A stretch of DNA of 64,000 bases, taken from positions 17,050,001-17,114,000 of the forward strand of contig OZ231126.1 in assembly GCA_965153355.1 (NCBI GenBank). The letters are read 5' to 3'. This document shows, piece by piece, positions 25,627 through 39,965 of the stretch. Source of the stretch: Flaccisagitta enflata. Taxonomy: Eukaryota. Under the pieces are notes generated by a model that was given only the letters and a program-made list of their open reading frames with translations, searched no databases and was not told the origin of the DNA. A program made the position numbers and the translations under genes. How positions within the stretch are numbered: position 1 is the first letter of the stretch; each line of letters starts with the position of its first letter.

Positions 25627-27128
25627 CACAACTTAGTAGAGCAAACAGCATTGTAAACCCAGTTTTACGTGAACTAGTCCTTTCTTTATCTCGTGTTATT
25701 CTCATTCACCAACAAAATATCAAAAACATGCTCATGTTGTCATCCTCATTTCGAAGCGGAAACATAAAAAAGATGAAACTTAGAAACCAAAACCTACTTG
25801 ATTTCATGCCCTTAGTCGAAAGTGTTACAACAATGCGATTTATGTAGTTATGCAATGCAGTTTATATAGTTATGTAGCTAACCTTATGTCAATGACAGCG
25901 ACAGGCTCAAGGAGCGGAAACAAAAGTAAATACTGAAACAGGCATATACAGTTTGCGCCCTGAAGAAATCAATCAGTAATGCCTGTTCCAAAAAAAGACT
26001 TGGCACAGGGACCTGTACAACTTATTTTGGAGGGACCGTTAGGCAGTAAACGCGGTAGCCTTAGTCACGGATGGGTGTGCAGGAGTGGAACAAGGCCAGA
26101 TACATGGCTACCCCAGTTGCGTGCGGATAGACAGTGGCCATATTTGAGGTCATTAGAGCATTTGGACAGGAGCAGGAGGCCAAATACCACAAAAATACAA
26201 AAATGTAATAAGCTATCCAAAGATCACTAATGGTCAGCGGTACCCGATGCCCTGCTCAAAGTGATCAAATAAAAAAGTCAATGGAGAGCAAAGCAGTGGT
26301 CCTAAAAGGTTGATGTCCTATAAAACTCAGGGGTGTATTTCCAGACGTCCTGAGGGGCATATTTTAGGCCTCAGATGATTCATTTTAGAGATTGAAGGTT
26401 GATATGAGATTTTGCTGGCAGATTTGAGGCTTCAAAAGCAAACTTAAGGTCTGGACAGTAAGCTTGAGGCACAGAGGGCAGATTTGAGGTCTTGAGAGCG
26501 GATTTGAATTTAGGTTTGGGAGGGCTAAATGAGAGCTTGGACAGCAAAAATCAGGCCTGAGTGTTCTGATTTTGGACCTCGCAGGGCCATCCTAAAGGGG
26601 AGGGGATAGAGGGACAGATAAATAGACGCCTGGAAATTTACCCCTGTTTCCTACAGGACATCAGCCCTTTGGAGCCGCTGCCCAAAAAGGGGCAGAATGG
26701 ATGGATGGACAGACCAACATGGTGGGGTGTAGAGTCATGTAGTGTGTGATTAAAAACCCAAAAGGCGACTTTGTGACCAACCTACCGAAGGGTCAACTTA
26801 AAAGTGACTGAATTTGCGGCTATCAAAGGATGGGGAAAACGAAAGGAAAACAAGGCCGGATACACCACCATTACCAGTTGCTGACGGGTGGGCAGAGGCG
26901 GAATTGCGGAAATGCGCGTTTTCACACTTTCCAACTCGATCATTACAGACAGACCAATGAACGGATGGACAGACGGACGGACGGACAAACTGCAAATGCG
27001 TTACATGGTTAATGGACTCTAAAAATTGCGATAATTGCCCTATGTGATGTGTGCAACAATTCATCCTATATAAAACTCATACAATTAAGTGGAATCATAG
27101 ATCATCTGGCCCTCTGGGGCCGCTGCCC

Positions 27129-27177
<49 letters not shown>

Positions 27178-27455
27178 CACAGACACACAGACAGACACAC
27201 AGACAGACACACAGACACACAGACGCAATTTCAGATTAAAGAGAGAGTCATTGGAAAACTCAGGTGTTGTTCTGCTTGATTTTTTTCAATTTCCACATTC
27301 AATTCCTCGAAAGAACCGAGGAGGAATTTCAATGTTGTTCGCCGGTCATAGGCAGATTTTTTCTGGCATTCCCTTGAGGCTCATTAGCAGTCATTGGCAA
27401 TCTCTCTAGCAACCCACGAAAGCTCCTTTTAAATGGACCATATGGCATCCTTCTA

Positions 27456-28053
27456 CTATCTTTCTAATATGTATAACCACAAGCGTTATAGGGCATAACT
27501 ACCTAATGAATGATGCAAACATAAGAAAATCGGTGATGTCTGAAAACTTCATCGAATTTCCGAGCTAATGGCGCAAACTGCATTGCTTTAGGATTAATCG
27601 TTTAGAAATTACAAGCAAAGCAAAATTGCTACCTCAAGTAGAAAATGGCAAAAAAATTGTGTTTTGAGATTTCATGGTTCCAAATGCGACATTTTCAGAG
27701 ACAATTGTTCCTTTTTGTTTAGACCATGGTGTTACGATGGTGTCATGTTGCTGTCTCGCAGGCCAATTAATAGTCCAGACCTCAATCTGATCAAATTGTC
27801 ATAGAGTCAGATGAAGAAGCATCAGTTGGGGTGCATGTTCAGCCTAAAGAAAACCGTTCTTAGGGTGTGGAAGAACATCACACCATCTTACCTTCAATCA
27901 CCTAATGGAACCAGACTGAGGCTCACAAAAGCCTTGGTTAATGCCTAGGGACGTAACACAAAATACTAGTTGTATTTTACAAATGTCTAATGTGTTTATT
28001 GATGAACAAATGGACTGCATTCCATCTTGTGGTTATACTTTTTAGCAAGATAG
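27456..28053 (+). mobile_element. Internally deleted Tc1-like DNA transposon with degenerate transposase C-terminus
   Basis: TA-flanked ~28-bp TIRs (CTATCTTtCTAAtAtGTATAACCACAAG vs CTTGTGGTTATACTTTTTAGCAAGATAG); reads RPINSPDLNLIK..*SQMKK (WPxNSPDLNPIE) at ~27760-27820 and VWKNITPSYLQS...LVNA*GRNTKY* ending 27969. Confidence 0.9.
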
Positions 28054-28333
28054 TATAGTAGACATAGATCTCCTTTGGCGTACATGTATCTCGCTTGCCT
28101 GTTGCGAAAAAAAAATATTATATTGACTGTCATTATGACGAGGTGAGACATGGGTTAGATTGAGAACGAGAAGGAATGTTTTTCTAGATTCTGTTTCATG
28201 GAAAACTAGGAGTGGTGCGCGTATTAACTAGTCAGTGAGGGTTCACAAGGCCCACTTCCATTTATTTCAGTTTGGGTATAGTGAGGGATATTGTTTCACT
28301 TTTCATATAATGCCATCTTGCTTAAATCCAATC

Positions 28334-28925
<592 letters not shown>

Positions 28926-29540
28926 TTTTTGAAAAAAAGAAACCTCGCTTGTCATTCCTGAATCAAGTGAACTCTAACTCTGACACTCTTATACTTATCA
29001 TTTTACTACAAATCTTTTACTTTTTGTAAATATCGTGAACGTGTTGGGCACTCACTTTTTTCAATAGCCGTGTCCACTGGCACGCAAGCACAAACGCATT
29101 CGAAAACAGGCACAATCCCACGTTGGCAATCATATCCATGCAAGCAAGCAAATTCATGGGTAAGTCCAACGCTATGAATATTACGATGTGTGGTTGGATT
29201 TGATCCGAGAAAAGGGAAAGAGAAAAAAAGTCGTATTTCATCGATAAAAGTGGTTTTCAAGGAATAATATTCTCTATTTTTGACGTGATGAAATAAACAA
29301 GAGGACGCGGTCTGAATTTCAATATTTCGCCGAAATGAAAAAAAAAATAAAGAAAAAAAGATATAGATCAATAAAATCGATCGATCTCCATCAGCCAAAG
29401 AAGACGTCGCCGGAAACTGCCCTAAAGGAGGATGATACCCTTAATTGTAAGTCGCATGCACGCGCACGCGACTATATAATACGCTTTGTCAGTCTATCAA
29501 TCAGTACAGTGGTCTGTTGGTAAATTTTTACTTTTTTATG

Positions 29541-29847
29541 TTTTTAGATGCGTCCGTCAGGAACGCATCTCTATAAGAGGGTCTGTCCGTCCGTCCGTCC
29601 GTCCGTCCGTCCGTCCGTCCGTTGGTCCGTCGGTATGTCCGTTACGCAAGTGCAAAAACCGCGTTTCTCGGCTGTTTTTGGCCACGGTGAGACCCTATAC
29701 TGAACAAATGATCAACCAACATGTTTTGAGAGCTTCCTTTACTACTTAGTCGTTTCACCCGTCTGTTCGTCCATCTGTCTCTCCATATATGTCACATTAT
29801 CAATACACGCAGAGTCACGGACGCATCGTTGCCCGGTCGGGCTTGTT
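29541..29847 (+). mobile_element. HINE-like family D (also 33752-34025+, split copy 30979-32493-)
   Basis: TTTTTAGATGCGTCCGTCAGGAACGCATCTCTATAAGAGGG, (CCGT)n, 3' ACGCATCGTTGCCCGGTCGGGCTTGTT. Confidence 0.85.
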
Positions 29848-29968
29848 AACATTACTGCTCCTGGCCATATACCTAGGACAGCGTTCTACTGAAGGCAATA
29901 TTTATGTTTCAACGAGAGCCAAAGTCAAACATTGAAAATGATTGAAACTGAATGATGAAACTAAAATA

Positions 29969-30518
29969 CACCGTCTTCGGATCGGACTGTGAAATGCAAA
30001 ACCTTTATAGCTCCTAAACTACTAGGAAAAAAATCATAAAATTTTTAGTGAATATTTGTAATGTATGACGGTTTTTGCATGTCAAAGCTCAGATCATAGT
30101 ATAGAAAAGGTGAGGGGAAGAAAGATATTGAAAGAAAACCCATCTTTAATTAAGATCAATTTTTCCCTCATTTCCTTAGAAAGGAGTTAACTTTATCTGC
30201 TTGAAATTGCTTTGCATTTCAACCAAAACTCACGGATTTATTTTCAATGACAGATGTTAATTTATGTATTATGTAGTTGCTGCATATTCTGAGAAAAAAA
30301 CAGCACCTTCCAAAAAACAGCAGCTAAAAAAAAACATTTTGCTTAAAAAATAAATGTTCTTTCAATGTTTTGTTTTCCCCTCACTTTTTTTATATTATGA
30401 TCTGAGCTTTGACATGCAAAAACCGTCACATGTTATTAATGTTCACTGAAAATTTCATGATTTTTTTCTTAGTGGTTTAGGAGCTATAAAGGTTTCACAG
30501 TCCGATCCGAAGACGGTG
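29969..30518. mobile_element. 550-bp TA-flanked foldback MITE
   Basis: taCACCGTCTTCGGATCGGACTGTGAAA ... TTTCACAGTCCGATCCGAAGACGGTGta; ~150-bp arms; shares CACCGTCTT terminus with 15486-16827. Confidence 0.9.
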
Positions 30519-31020
30519 TAATAATTGAAATATATCATAATTGATATTTTTTTTGCATGACTTGCATTAAATCATGAAACAGAACCAAATATAGTTAAAA
30601 CCAATAAAGAAAATAATGAGCAAATTGCTGAACTGCAAATTTCATTTCTGGTTACTGACAGGGGGTCCGTTGAAATTCTAAGATTGCAGAGAAAATAAAA
30701 CAAGGCCGGATACACGGCCACCAGTTGCGGACGGGTGGGCAGGGGCGTTTTCCCACTTTTCAACTCGAGCGTGACGGATGGACGGACGGACCAACGGAAC
30801 AACGGACCAACGGACCAACGGACCAACGGACCGACGGACGGACAAAGCCTCTTTTAGAGTTGCGTGTCCGCAACTAAAAAACATAGTTCTCTTCGAATAT
30901 CGATTAAGGAGAAAACTATATTTTTGAAAATGCAAAATTCCCCTCCAGTCTCAGAATTTTGACAGCAAGAAAAAACAAAACAAGCCTGACCAGGCAACGA
31001 TGCGTCTGGACTGTGCCTCT

Positions 31021-32266
31021 CCACTGAATCAAGAACTCTGATATGAAAATAAGGCCAGTTAAGGCCTCTTTCACTGAAGCACTACTTTGTGCTTCAGTGG
31101 AATTGGAATTCGTGCTTCAATAAATTGACTTTTGACCTTTTTTCATACTGCAATGATTGAGTGTAAGTATTTCAGTAGAATAAAAAATTTATGACGGCGA
31201 GCATTTGATGTCATGATTTAGTGTTTCACCCCATTTTTTCTACTTTTGGGCAGCGGCCCCGAAGGGGCCGATGACCTATGCTTCCACACAGGAGAAAATT
31301 CTCCTCCTTCTCCTTCTCCTTCTTCTACTTCTTCTCCGTCCACCCCCTCGACCAGCCTTAAAGCCCAAAATCTAGCCTCGAGGCTCAATTTTTAGCCTTG
31401 AGGCTTAAATTCCAGCTACTAGCCTCAAATTTCAGCCTCAAAGCTTAAAATCCAGCCTCAAGGCTCAAATTGAGCCTCAAAGCCCAGAATCCAGCCTCTC
31501 CAGCCTCTCCACTTCTCCTTCCTCTTCTCCTTCTCTGTCCACCCCCTCGACCCTTAAATCTAGACTAAGCCAAACATCCAGCCTAGAGGCTCAAATTCCA
31601 ACCTGAAGGCTCATATTCCAGCTTTAAGCGTCAGATTCCAGCCTCAGAGCCTAAAATCCAGCCTCAAGGCTCAGAATCAAGCCTCAAAGCCCATAATCCA
31701 GCCATGAGGCTAAATATCCAGCCACATGGCCCCAATTCCAGCCTCCAAGCTCAAATTGCAGCCTCTAGGCTCAGGTCCCAACATAAAGCCTCCAAAATAA
31801 GTAAGCATAGGTCATCGGCCCCTTCGGGGCCGCTGCCCCTCTCACCATCACACATCCACACACACTCACAGGGGCAACGGGTACCGCTGACCATCTAACG
31901 CTTTTGCGACTATATATACTTGAATGGTTATCATGCAACAGATATTTTCATGTGACAAATTGTCTTCAGAAATACTCTGTGTGTATGTTTTTGGCCTATG
32001 CTGACTTAAAAAGAACCTTTAAATCAGCAATTCACATGAGAAAAGCAAAGAAAATAAGGAGTTTTAAGAAAATTGTGTTTACATTTTTTATCTCGGTGCT
32101 GCTGTTAAAATTATAAGACTCCTAAATGCAAATAAATTTAGCATTTCTAAAAACATAGCCGCCTCGAATTGCAAAAAGCATTAGCTATTTTTCATTCCAC
32201 TGAAGCACTGAGGTGTGCTTCAGTGGAAATGATCTGAACTTCAGCACGAATTTCGTGATTCAGAGG
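31021..32266. mobile_element. TIR element inserted in a family D copy and itself carrying a family C copy
   Basis: CCACTGAATCAAGAA / TTCGTGATTCAGAGG ends; subterminal CACTGAAGCAC..GTGCTTCAGTG hairpins at both ends. Confidence 0.7.
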
Positions 32267-34679
32267 ATGAACATGTGACATATACAGAGACAGATGGACG
32301 AACTGAGAGATTATACGACAGAATAGAAAAGGAGGCACTCAAACATGTTCGTCGATCATTCAAATTCAGTGTAGGATCAAAAAAATCCAAAAAACGCGGG
32401 CGTAATGGACAGACGGACCAACCAACGGACGGATGGACTGACGGACGGACAGACTCTCTTATAGAGATGCGTTCTAGATGGACGCATCTGAAAATGTAAG
32501 CAAAATTTCATTAAAAACCTCGACTTTCTAGCTTTTCTTAAGTGAATTGCATAGTTATTATTACTTTTGAGGTCAGAATATGATAAAACTGTAATAATGT
32601 ATGGACTAAGTGTCTTTAAAGCCAATTTATCCTCTCAGATTTCAGGCCTGAGAGGGCAGATTTCAGGCCTGAGAGGGTAGATTTCAGGCCTGAGAGGGCA
32701 GATGTCGGGCCTGAGAGGGCCTGGGGGGACTGACAGACAGACAAACGGACAAACAGACAGACGGACGAACAAACGAAAGTCCCCCTGAGTCCGCCCTGCT
32801 TCCTCTCATTCCAATTCACAACCATGCAAAGCAGGGCAACGGGTATCGCTGACCTCATATTGCCCTTGGGCGACCTGTTGTGTATTTTTGTGTGAGGGGG
32901 TAAAAGTGAGGGTTGGGGTGTGGATGGGGGTTGAACGCCCCTGCCCCCCTTCCGCAACGATATTGTGACCCCGAAACCCTTGTTAAAGAATATGTGATGA
33001 AAGCGCATAAAGAGTGAGATTCAACTGTCTGTAGTAAAACAAGCAACCTGGGTTATATTACCATCATGGAGGGTGGGCAGGGGCATGCGACTCCCGCCCC
33101 CTCCCCCTCCTCGCTCTGTAAGCACAAACTTCACACAATCACAATGGCAGCATCTTAGTTAAATGCGTATTCAATTAACACATTTTGATTCGATCATTAC
33201 AGACGGACGGACCAACAGACTGACGGACCAATAGCCTGACGGACCAACAGACAGACGGAAAACAGACGGACAAAGCGAGTTGCGAGTCCGCGCGTTAAGA
33301 CAGTTTTTGTTGTCAATTTCAGTATTTTTCCTTTCTAGTTTCTGTTGAGATTTCAAAGTGAAGACTTTTACCTTTTCGTTCTAAATGTCATCTCTGTGAG
33401 ACGATCTATAACCCTCTTTTTGAAAAACAAGGCCAAGTAGGCCAAAAAGGTGCGACGTGTGGATCGTCGAACAAATGCGTTACCCCACAGACCAACCGAC
33501 CGACCGACCAACCGACCGACCAACGGACACAGCCAGTTATAGAGGTGCTTTGTCGCACCTAACAAGGCTAAGTAGGCCAAGTTGGTGCGCCGTGTTAATC
33601 GTCAAACGAATGCGTTACCCGACCGACCAACCGACCAACCGACCAACCGATCAACCGACGGACACAGCCATTTATAGAGATGCTGTGCCTGTGGCGCACC
33701 TTGAAATAACTGGCCCCAGGCCACCTTTGCGTCATCGTCTTATTGCCGGCCTTTTAGATGCGTCCGTCAGGAACGCATCTCTATAAGAGGGTCTGTCCGT
33801 CCGTCCGTCTATCCATTACGCCTTTGCAAAAAACGCGTTTCTTGGCTTTTTTCGGCCACGGTGAGATCCTATACTGAAACAAATGATCAATTAACATGTT
33901 TTGAGAGCCTCCTTTACTACTCAGTCGTTTCACCCGTCCGTTCGTCCATCCGTCTCTCCATATATTTCACATGATCAATACACGCAAAGACACAGTCCGG
34001 ACGCATCGTTGCCCGGTCGGGCTTTTTTTTTATCTGCATACTGGAACGTGAATTGTGATTTGTTAAAACAGAGTTGCAGAGCGTGAATATAATTTATATA
34101 GTTAGCCCGCAGTTGCTATAAGCTGCCTTGCACATAACTTTAGATTAACCGGGGAAAAAGTCGAAGTCAGTCTTCGACTTTTTGACATATTCGAGATAAA
34201 CTTGGTTTTCATTTTTTTCTATGGGAAAGTTGGGGATCTCTGATTGAGGCCTCCAATGAAATTGATTTGGTAAGTAAATTTGATAATTCTCTTTCATTTG
34301 GCGCCAAGTAGAATACTCAACAACAGATATTTTTTGCGTTATGATTATTTAAAAATCTATTTACAAAAAATTCAATTTGAATTCTTTTATCATTTTTATC
34401 TTAAGTATGATCAATAAAGGAGTGTATCTATGTTTGTTTGAGCAAGCAAATACAAGAAAACATCTTTATGAGCATAGCGGCTCATCTGTGAGGGTGTTTT
34501 TGAGCACTTAAGCTCATTCAGCTCAAGTTTTCTCTTTTTCTTTCAAATGCAATAAATGTATGAATATTGTGAAACATGTTTAAGCAAATAAAAGAAAACA
34601 TGTCAGTAAGCAGGGCTGCCTATCTGTGAAAGTTTTTTTAAGTATTCTTGCTCATTTAGCTTATTCAGCTCAGTCTTTT

Positions 34680-35984
34680 TTTTTAGTCGCGTGCACGCGA
34701 CTCTACAACCCGCTCCGTCGGTCGGTCCGTCCGTCCGTCTGTCGGTCCGTCCGTCGGTAACACATTTTGGTCATTTTGGTCATTTTGGTCATTTTGGTGA
34801 TTTTGGTCATTTTTGGTCATTTTTGGTCATTTTTGATTATTTTTGGTCATTTTTGGTCATTTTTGATTATTCTTGGTCATTTTTGGTCATTTTTGGTTAT
34901 TCTGATTATTCTGGTCATTTTTGATCATTTTTGATCATTTTTGATCATTTTTGGTCATTTTTTGTCATTTTTGGTCATTTTTGGTCATTTTTGGTCATTT
35001 TGATCATTTAGGTCATTTTTGGTCTTTTTTGGTCATTTTTGGTCATCTTTGGTCATTTTGGTCATTTTGGTCATTTTGGTCATTTTGGTCATTTTTGGTC
35101 ATTTTTGGTCATTTTTGGTGAAAGTCTGCTGGATTAAGTCTTCTGGTTTAAATCTAATGGGTTAAGTCTGCTGGTTAAAGTCTGCTGGTTTAAATCTGCT
35201 GGTTTAAGTTTGCTGGTTTAAGTCTGCTGGTTTAAATCTAATGGTTTAAGTCTGCTGGTCTAATGGTCTAAGTCTGCTGGTTTAAGTCTGCTGGTTAAAA
35301 TGATATTAAAGATAAGTATGGTTTAAGTCTGGTTTCAGTCTGGTTTAAGCCTGGTTAAAGTCTGGTTTAAGTATGGTTTAAGTCTGGTTAAAGTCTGGTT
35401 AAAGTCTGGTTTAAGTCTGGTTTAAGTCTGGTTTAAGTCTGTTTTTAAGTCTGGTTTACGTCTGGTTTAAGTCTGGTTTAAGTCTGGTTTAAGACAGGTT
35501 CATGTCTGATTTATGTCTGTTTTAGGTCTGGGTTAGGTCTGGTTTAGGTCTGGTGTATGTCTGGTTTTTGTCTGGTTTATGTTTGATTTAGGTCTGATTT
35601 AGGTCTGGTTTTGGTCTGGTTTTGGTCTGGTTTTGGTTTGCTTTAATTCAGGTTTGAGTCTGGTTTGAGTCTGGTTTGAGTCTGGTTTGATTCTGGTTTG
35701 AGCCTGGTTTGAGCCTGGTTTGAGCCTGGTTTGAGTCTGGTTTGAGTCTGGATTCAGTCTGGTTTTAGTCTCATTTGAGGCTTAAATCTGGTTTATGTCT
35801 GGTTTATGTCTGGTTTATGTCTGATTTAAGTCTGGTTTCGGTCTGGTTTAATTCTGGTTTGAGTCTGGTTTGGGTCTGTTTTGGGTTGCGTCTAAGTCTG
35901 ATTTTCGATAAAAAGATACAATAAGGAGTCAGGTCAGTTCAGTTATTTTTGTCCTGCACGCGACTTATAGGTGTTGGCCTTGTT
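34680..35984 (+). mobile_element. HINE-like family B with three successive internal satellites
   Basis: Family B ends; (TTTTGGTCA)n, (GTCTGCTGGTTTAA)n, (GTCTGGTTTA)n blocks. Confidence 0.9.
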
Positions 35985-38497
35985 CTGATTTTGAATAGGA
36001 AGAATAAATAGATATTTTGATTTAAGCATGCAAATACAAGAAAGCATGTCAGTGAGCATAGCTGGTTGTCTGGTTGAGTGATTTTGAGTATTTTAGCTCA
36101 TCTAGCTCATTTGGCTCAGTCCTGTTTTTCTCTGATTTTCACTGCAATCAATATATATAATTGCTTTTGATTTGATCTAAGAAATAAAAGATTGCAATGA
36201 CTGAAGACAAAAACTTGATGAAAAGTGACCAACGTTTACGACTTTTTCCTCACGGCGATAGCCGCCATTACTGGTACTTTTCCTAGCTTTTAGGTTTTCC
36301 TTATGTCAGTTTTAATGCTAAAAATTGCTCCTAATATTTCTGAAAGGTTACGATGAAATTTGATAATATCATATAATTTGATTATATAATTTGATGATAT
36401 AATTTAGTCGTTGGAAAGTTTAAAGACTGATTGTTTTTAGTTGCGGACACGCAACTCTATAAGAGGCATTGTCTGTCCGTCGGTCCATCCGTCGGTCCGT
36501 CTGTTGGACCGTCTGTTGGTCTGGGTCATTGAGTTGAAAAGTGGATAATTTGTGTTTGAGTATGGGGGTTGGGGTGAGGATGGGGTTGGATGCCCCTGCC
36601 CACTCGTGCGCAACAATATTGTGACCCCGCGTCACTTGTTTCATCATACATGTGATTCTTGTTTTGTCTCAAGAAATGTAGAATCTGAGACTGCATTTCT
36701 TTCAATCTGTACAGCATAACAAATCCGATTTATTTCCCTCCATTGTTTCGATTGGTCAGGTAGCACCATTTGTCAAACACCTTAAGGCTTACATTTCCTC
36801 AAGATAGTCGTAAAGTTAAAAATCTGTTTTCATGATTAATGTGCTTACAGAGGGGTTCTCTTTTAATTTTCAACTATCAAGCACTGGCGTGACCCAAATT
36901 ACAAAGCGAAAACAAAATCAGGAATGCTTTGATCAAGCAAAGAGGAAAAAATGAAAATTATCAATGTATCAGTGGAGGATTTGAACAATAGACTTAAGGA
37001 GGCTGTCTGCCCCTCCTTAATCACAAACTAATTTTCCCAGGTCAATGTTTCAAGAAATTTATTTCTATTCTCACCTTGCGCATTATCACAGTGCTTATGT
37101 CAGGCGATCTACTCACTAGCCACAGACGCTGACTGCTTCTATGAATTTGTGCTTTAAAACTGAGAGTTAGGGAGACTAAAAAAAAGTTGATGAAAAAAAT
37201 CGTTCATAAGTTGTACCTTTACCCTGTATTTCTCACGATTTTTACTTTAATGAATGGCAAAATAATGGCAATTTTTTAGACACTCGCTAGCTTGACTTGG
37301 GCAACGTAGCAAGCGGAAATTTTTACTGAAGAGAGAGATGACAAGTGGCTAGGGTAGACCTGAAACAAATACCCAAAAAAGTTATTAGCCTTTTTATGGT
37401 TATATTTTACAGATTTCCACCTACACCTACATGTCTTCTCTCTCTTCAGTAACAAGGCCAACACCTATAAGTCGCGTGCGAGACTTACAGACTAAGAAAT
37501 GACTTAGAATGACTTAGGATGACTTAGAATGATTTAGAATGACTTAGAATGACTTAGAATGACTTAGAATGACTTAAAATGACTTAGAATGACTTAAAAT
37601 GACCAAAAAAGACTCCTAATGACTAATGACCCTAATGACCAAAAATGACTTAAAATGACTTAGAATGACTTTGAATGACTTAAAATGACTCAGAATGACT
37701 CAGAATAACTATTATTGACTTCAAATGACTTAAAATGACATTAGAGTTGACGTTATGTTATAAAAAAGTAAAGTGTGACGGACGGACCGACGGACGGACG
37801 GACCGACGGACGGACGGACCGACGGACGGACCGACAAAGCGGGGTGTAGAGTCGCGTGCACGCGACTAAAAATTTCAGAGCCCCACATTGCCCCAGTCAG
37901 GCAAGCGAGTGTCTGAAAAATTACCTATATTTGATTTTTTTCAATTTCCTGAAAAGTTCTGTAGGGGTCTCTTACACAGGTATATACATTCTATAAAAGA
38001 AAGAAAATTTTCAGGGCAACTTCATTTTGAAGCAACGATAGCCTTAAGATTTTTCCAATGGTAAGCGTGATTGCGATTTAGTAATAGTTTGACGCACTGG
38101 TTGTAGGCAGGTGTGCCGTTCGATAATATATCCACAGTGGAGGTTGGGTATCAACCAAGTCCCACACCGACCATACAATTTAGCGCAGGAGATTTTCAGT
38201 TTTGATCACTCGCTCTCGATAAAAAAAAACTCCTTTTCTGAAGTCGTTTTGAAATTGTGTTAATCAAGCGAACGATAAAGGACGAAGCTTGAAGGTCATT
38301 TGGACAAATACTGTGAGATGAGAGTCGACATTTGCCACTGCTCATATTATTATGCTAATTCAGCCCTCAAAGCCAATGCATGAAATCCCTTTAGGTTATG
38401 AAATGATCCACAACTCGAACACCACACTCTTGCAAACGCTAGCCAACGCACGTCAATAAGAATGGAGGCTATTTTAACCAGCGCGGTTTAGCCCCTC

Positions 38498-38640
38498 TTT
38501 TTAGTCGCGGACAAGCGACTCTACACCTTGCCGCGTCGGTCGGTCGGTCCGTCGGTAACATTTTTGAATTGCGAGCGGTTTTCGCATAACGGCTCCTGCC
38601 CAACCGTCCGCGACTGGATTACCGTGTATCCGGCCTTGTT
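38498..38640 (+). mobile_element. Short HINE-like family B2 (also 22134-22275+, 40167-40330-, 51119-51265+, 52487-52620-)
   Basis: TTTTTAGTCGCGGACAAGCGACTCTACACCTTGCC ... CAACCGTCCGCGACT...GTGTATCCGGCCTTGTT. Confidence 0.8.
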
Positions 38641-39747
38641 CCCATCAAAATACTGATACTTTTTTCAAATATAAGAGAACTAAAACAATTATGACGGGTA
38701 TCCCGCGGAAACTATAAAGCCAAGAGAAAATCAATTTTGAAGCCCTTCCACTTTTTTATTTTTCTTTTAATTTAAAAATCGAAGATTGTTATAACTTTAA
38801 ATTGTACGGATTGTCAGAGGTAGCACTAACTCAAAGCTCTTGCAGCGGTCTCATTATGGACTGATGGGTCGGTTGGTTGATCAGCTGGTCGGTCGGTAAC
38901 GCATTCGTTCGGCGATCCACAAGGCACACCGCGCACGTACCTACGAGGCCTTGTTTTTTTTTCCTGCTTCGGTAAAAAGGCCTAATCATCATTTTGTGTC
39001 TGGTATTCTGTCTCAGTCTCTTTCTGTGTGTCACAAAGTCTGTCTGCCATAACGAACGGTTGAAATCCCTCGTTTCGTTTGGTTGTCCAATGTTCTTACA
39101 AACAATTTGTGATTTTTCTATTTCCATCTCGGTGAAAGAACCGTATTTTTTGGATTACTTTCTATTTTCTCTTTTTTTCTCTTTAGTGAATTTAAGCGAC
39201 TTAAGTTCACATACAAAAGTAAAATGTGAGGTCTACAGATTTCACCGATCATTTTTTATGTATATATCGCAAGTAATATGGGTTTTTGGGTCAGCAGTTG
39301 TTTGAATACTATTCAAAGGTACTAAGAAAACCATAAGATGCTTTCATAAGGAAACTATTATATTGTATGTCAGTGCACAACGTGATTTAGCTGCCTTCTA
39401 ACCTGCGTAGGCTACGTGCGTAGTTAAATGAACTTAGTAACCACAACGCAATCCTCCCTATTTCCTCCATACTGATAATGGGTCAGGGATCATTGTCTCA
39501 AGGGTCAGGGATCTTACAAATAGTTTTCATTGGATCCCATTCATTAAACTTTATTCCCTTGTAAAGTAAATTTTCAAGAAAACCGTCCAAATCGGATCCG
39601 GAACCGGAACCGGGATCCGAGAGTACCGAGGCTTTTTTACGAGGTAGAAGTAAGCGCGGTTTTTCTCTCAATGGTGACGATTCACTATGGAGCGGTAAAG
39701 ACTTATGGCGTATCGATTTAGCTAAAAAAAACATAAAAAAAAGGGGG

Positions 39748-39965
<218 letters not shown>

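Noticed and set aside
34764..35890. Regular repeats as a CRISPR array
   Set aside because: Contiguous tandem units without unique spacers, no cas genes, eukaryotic context
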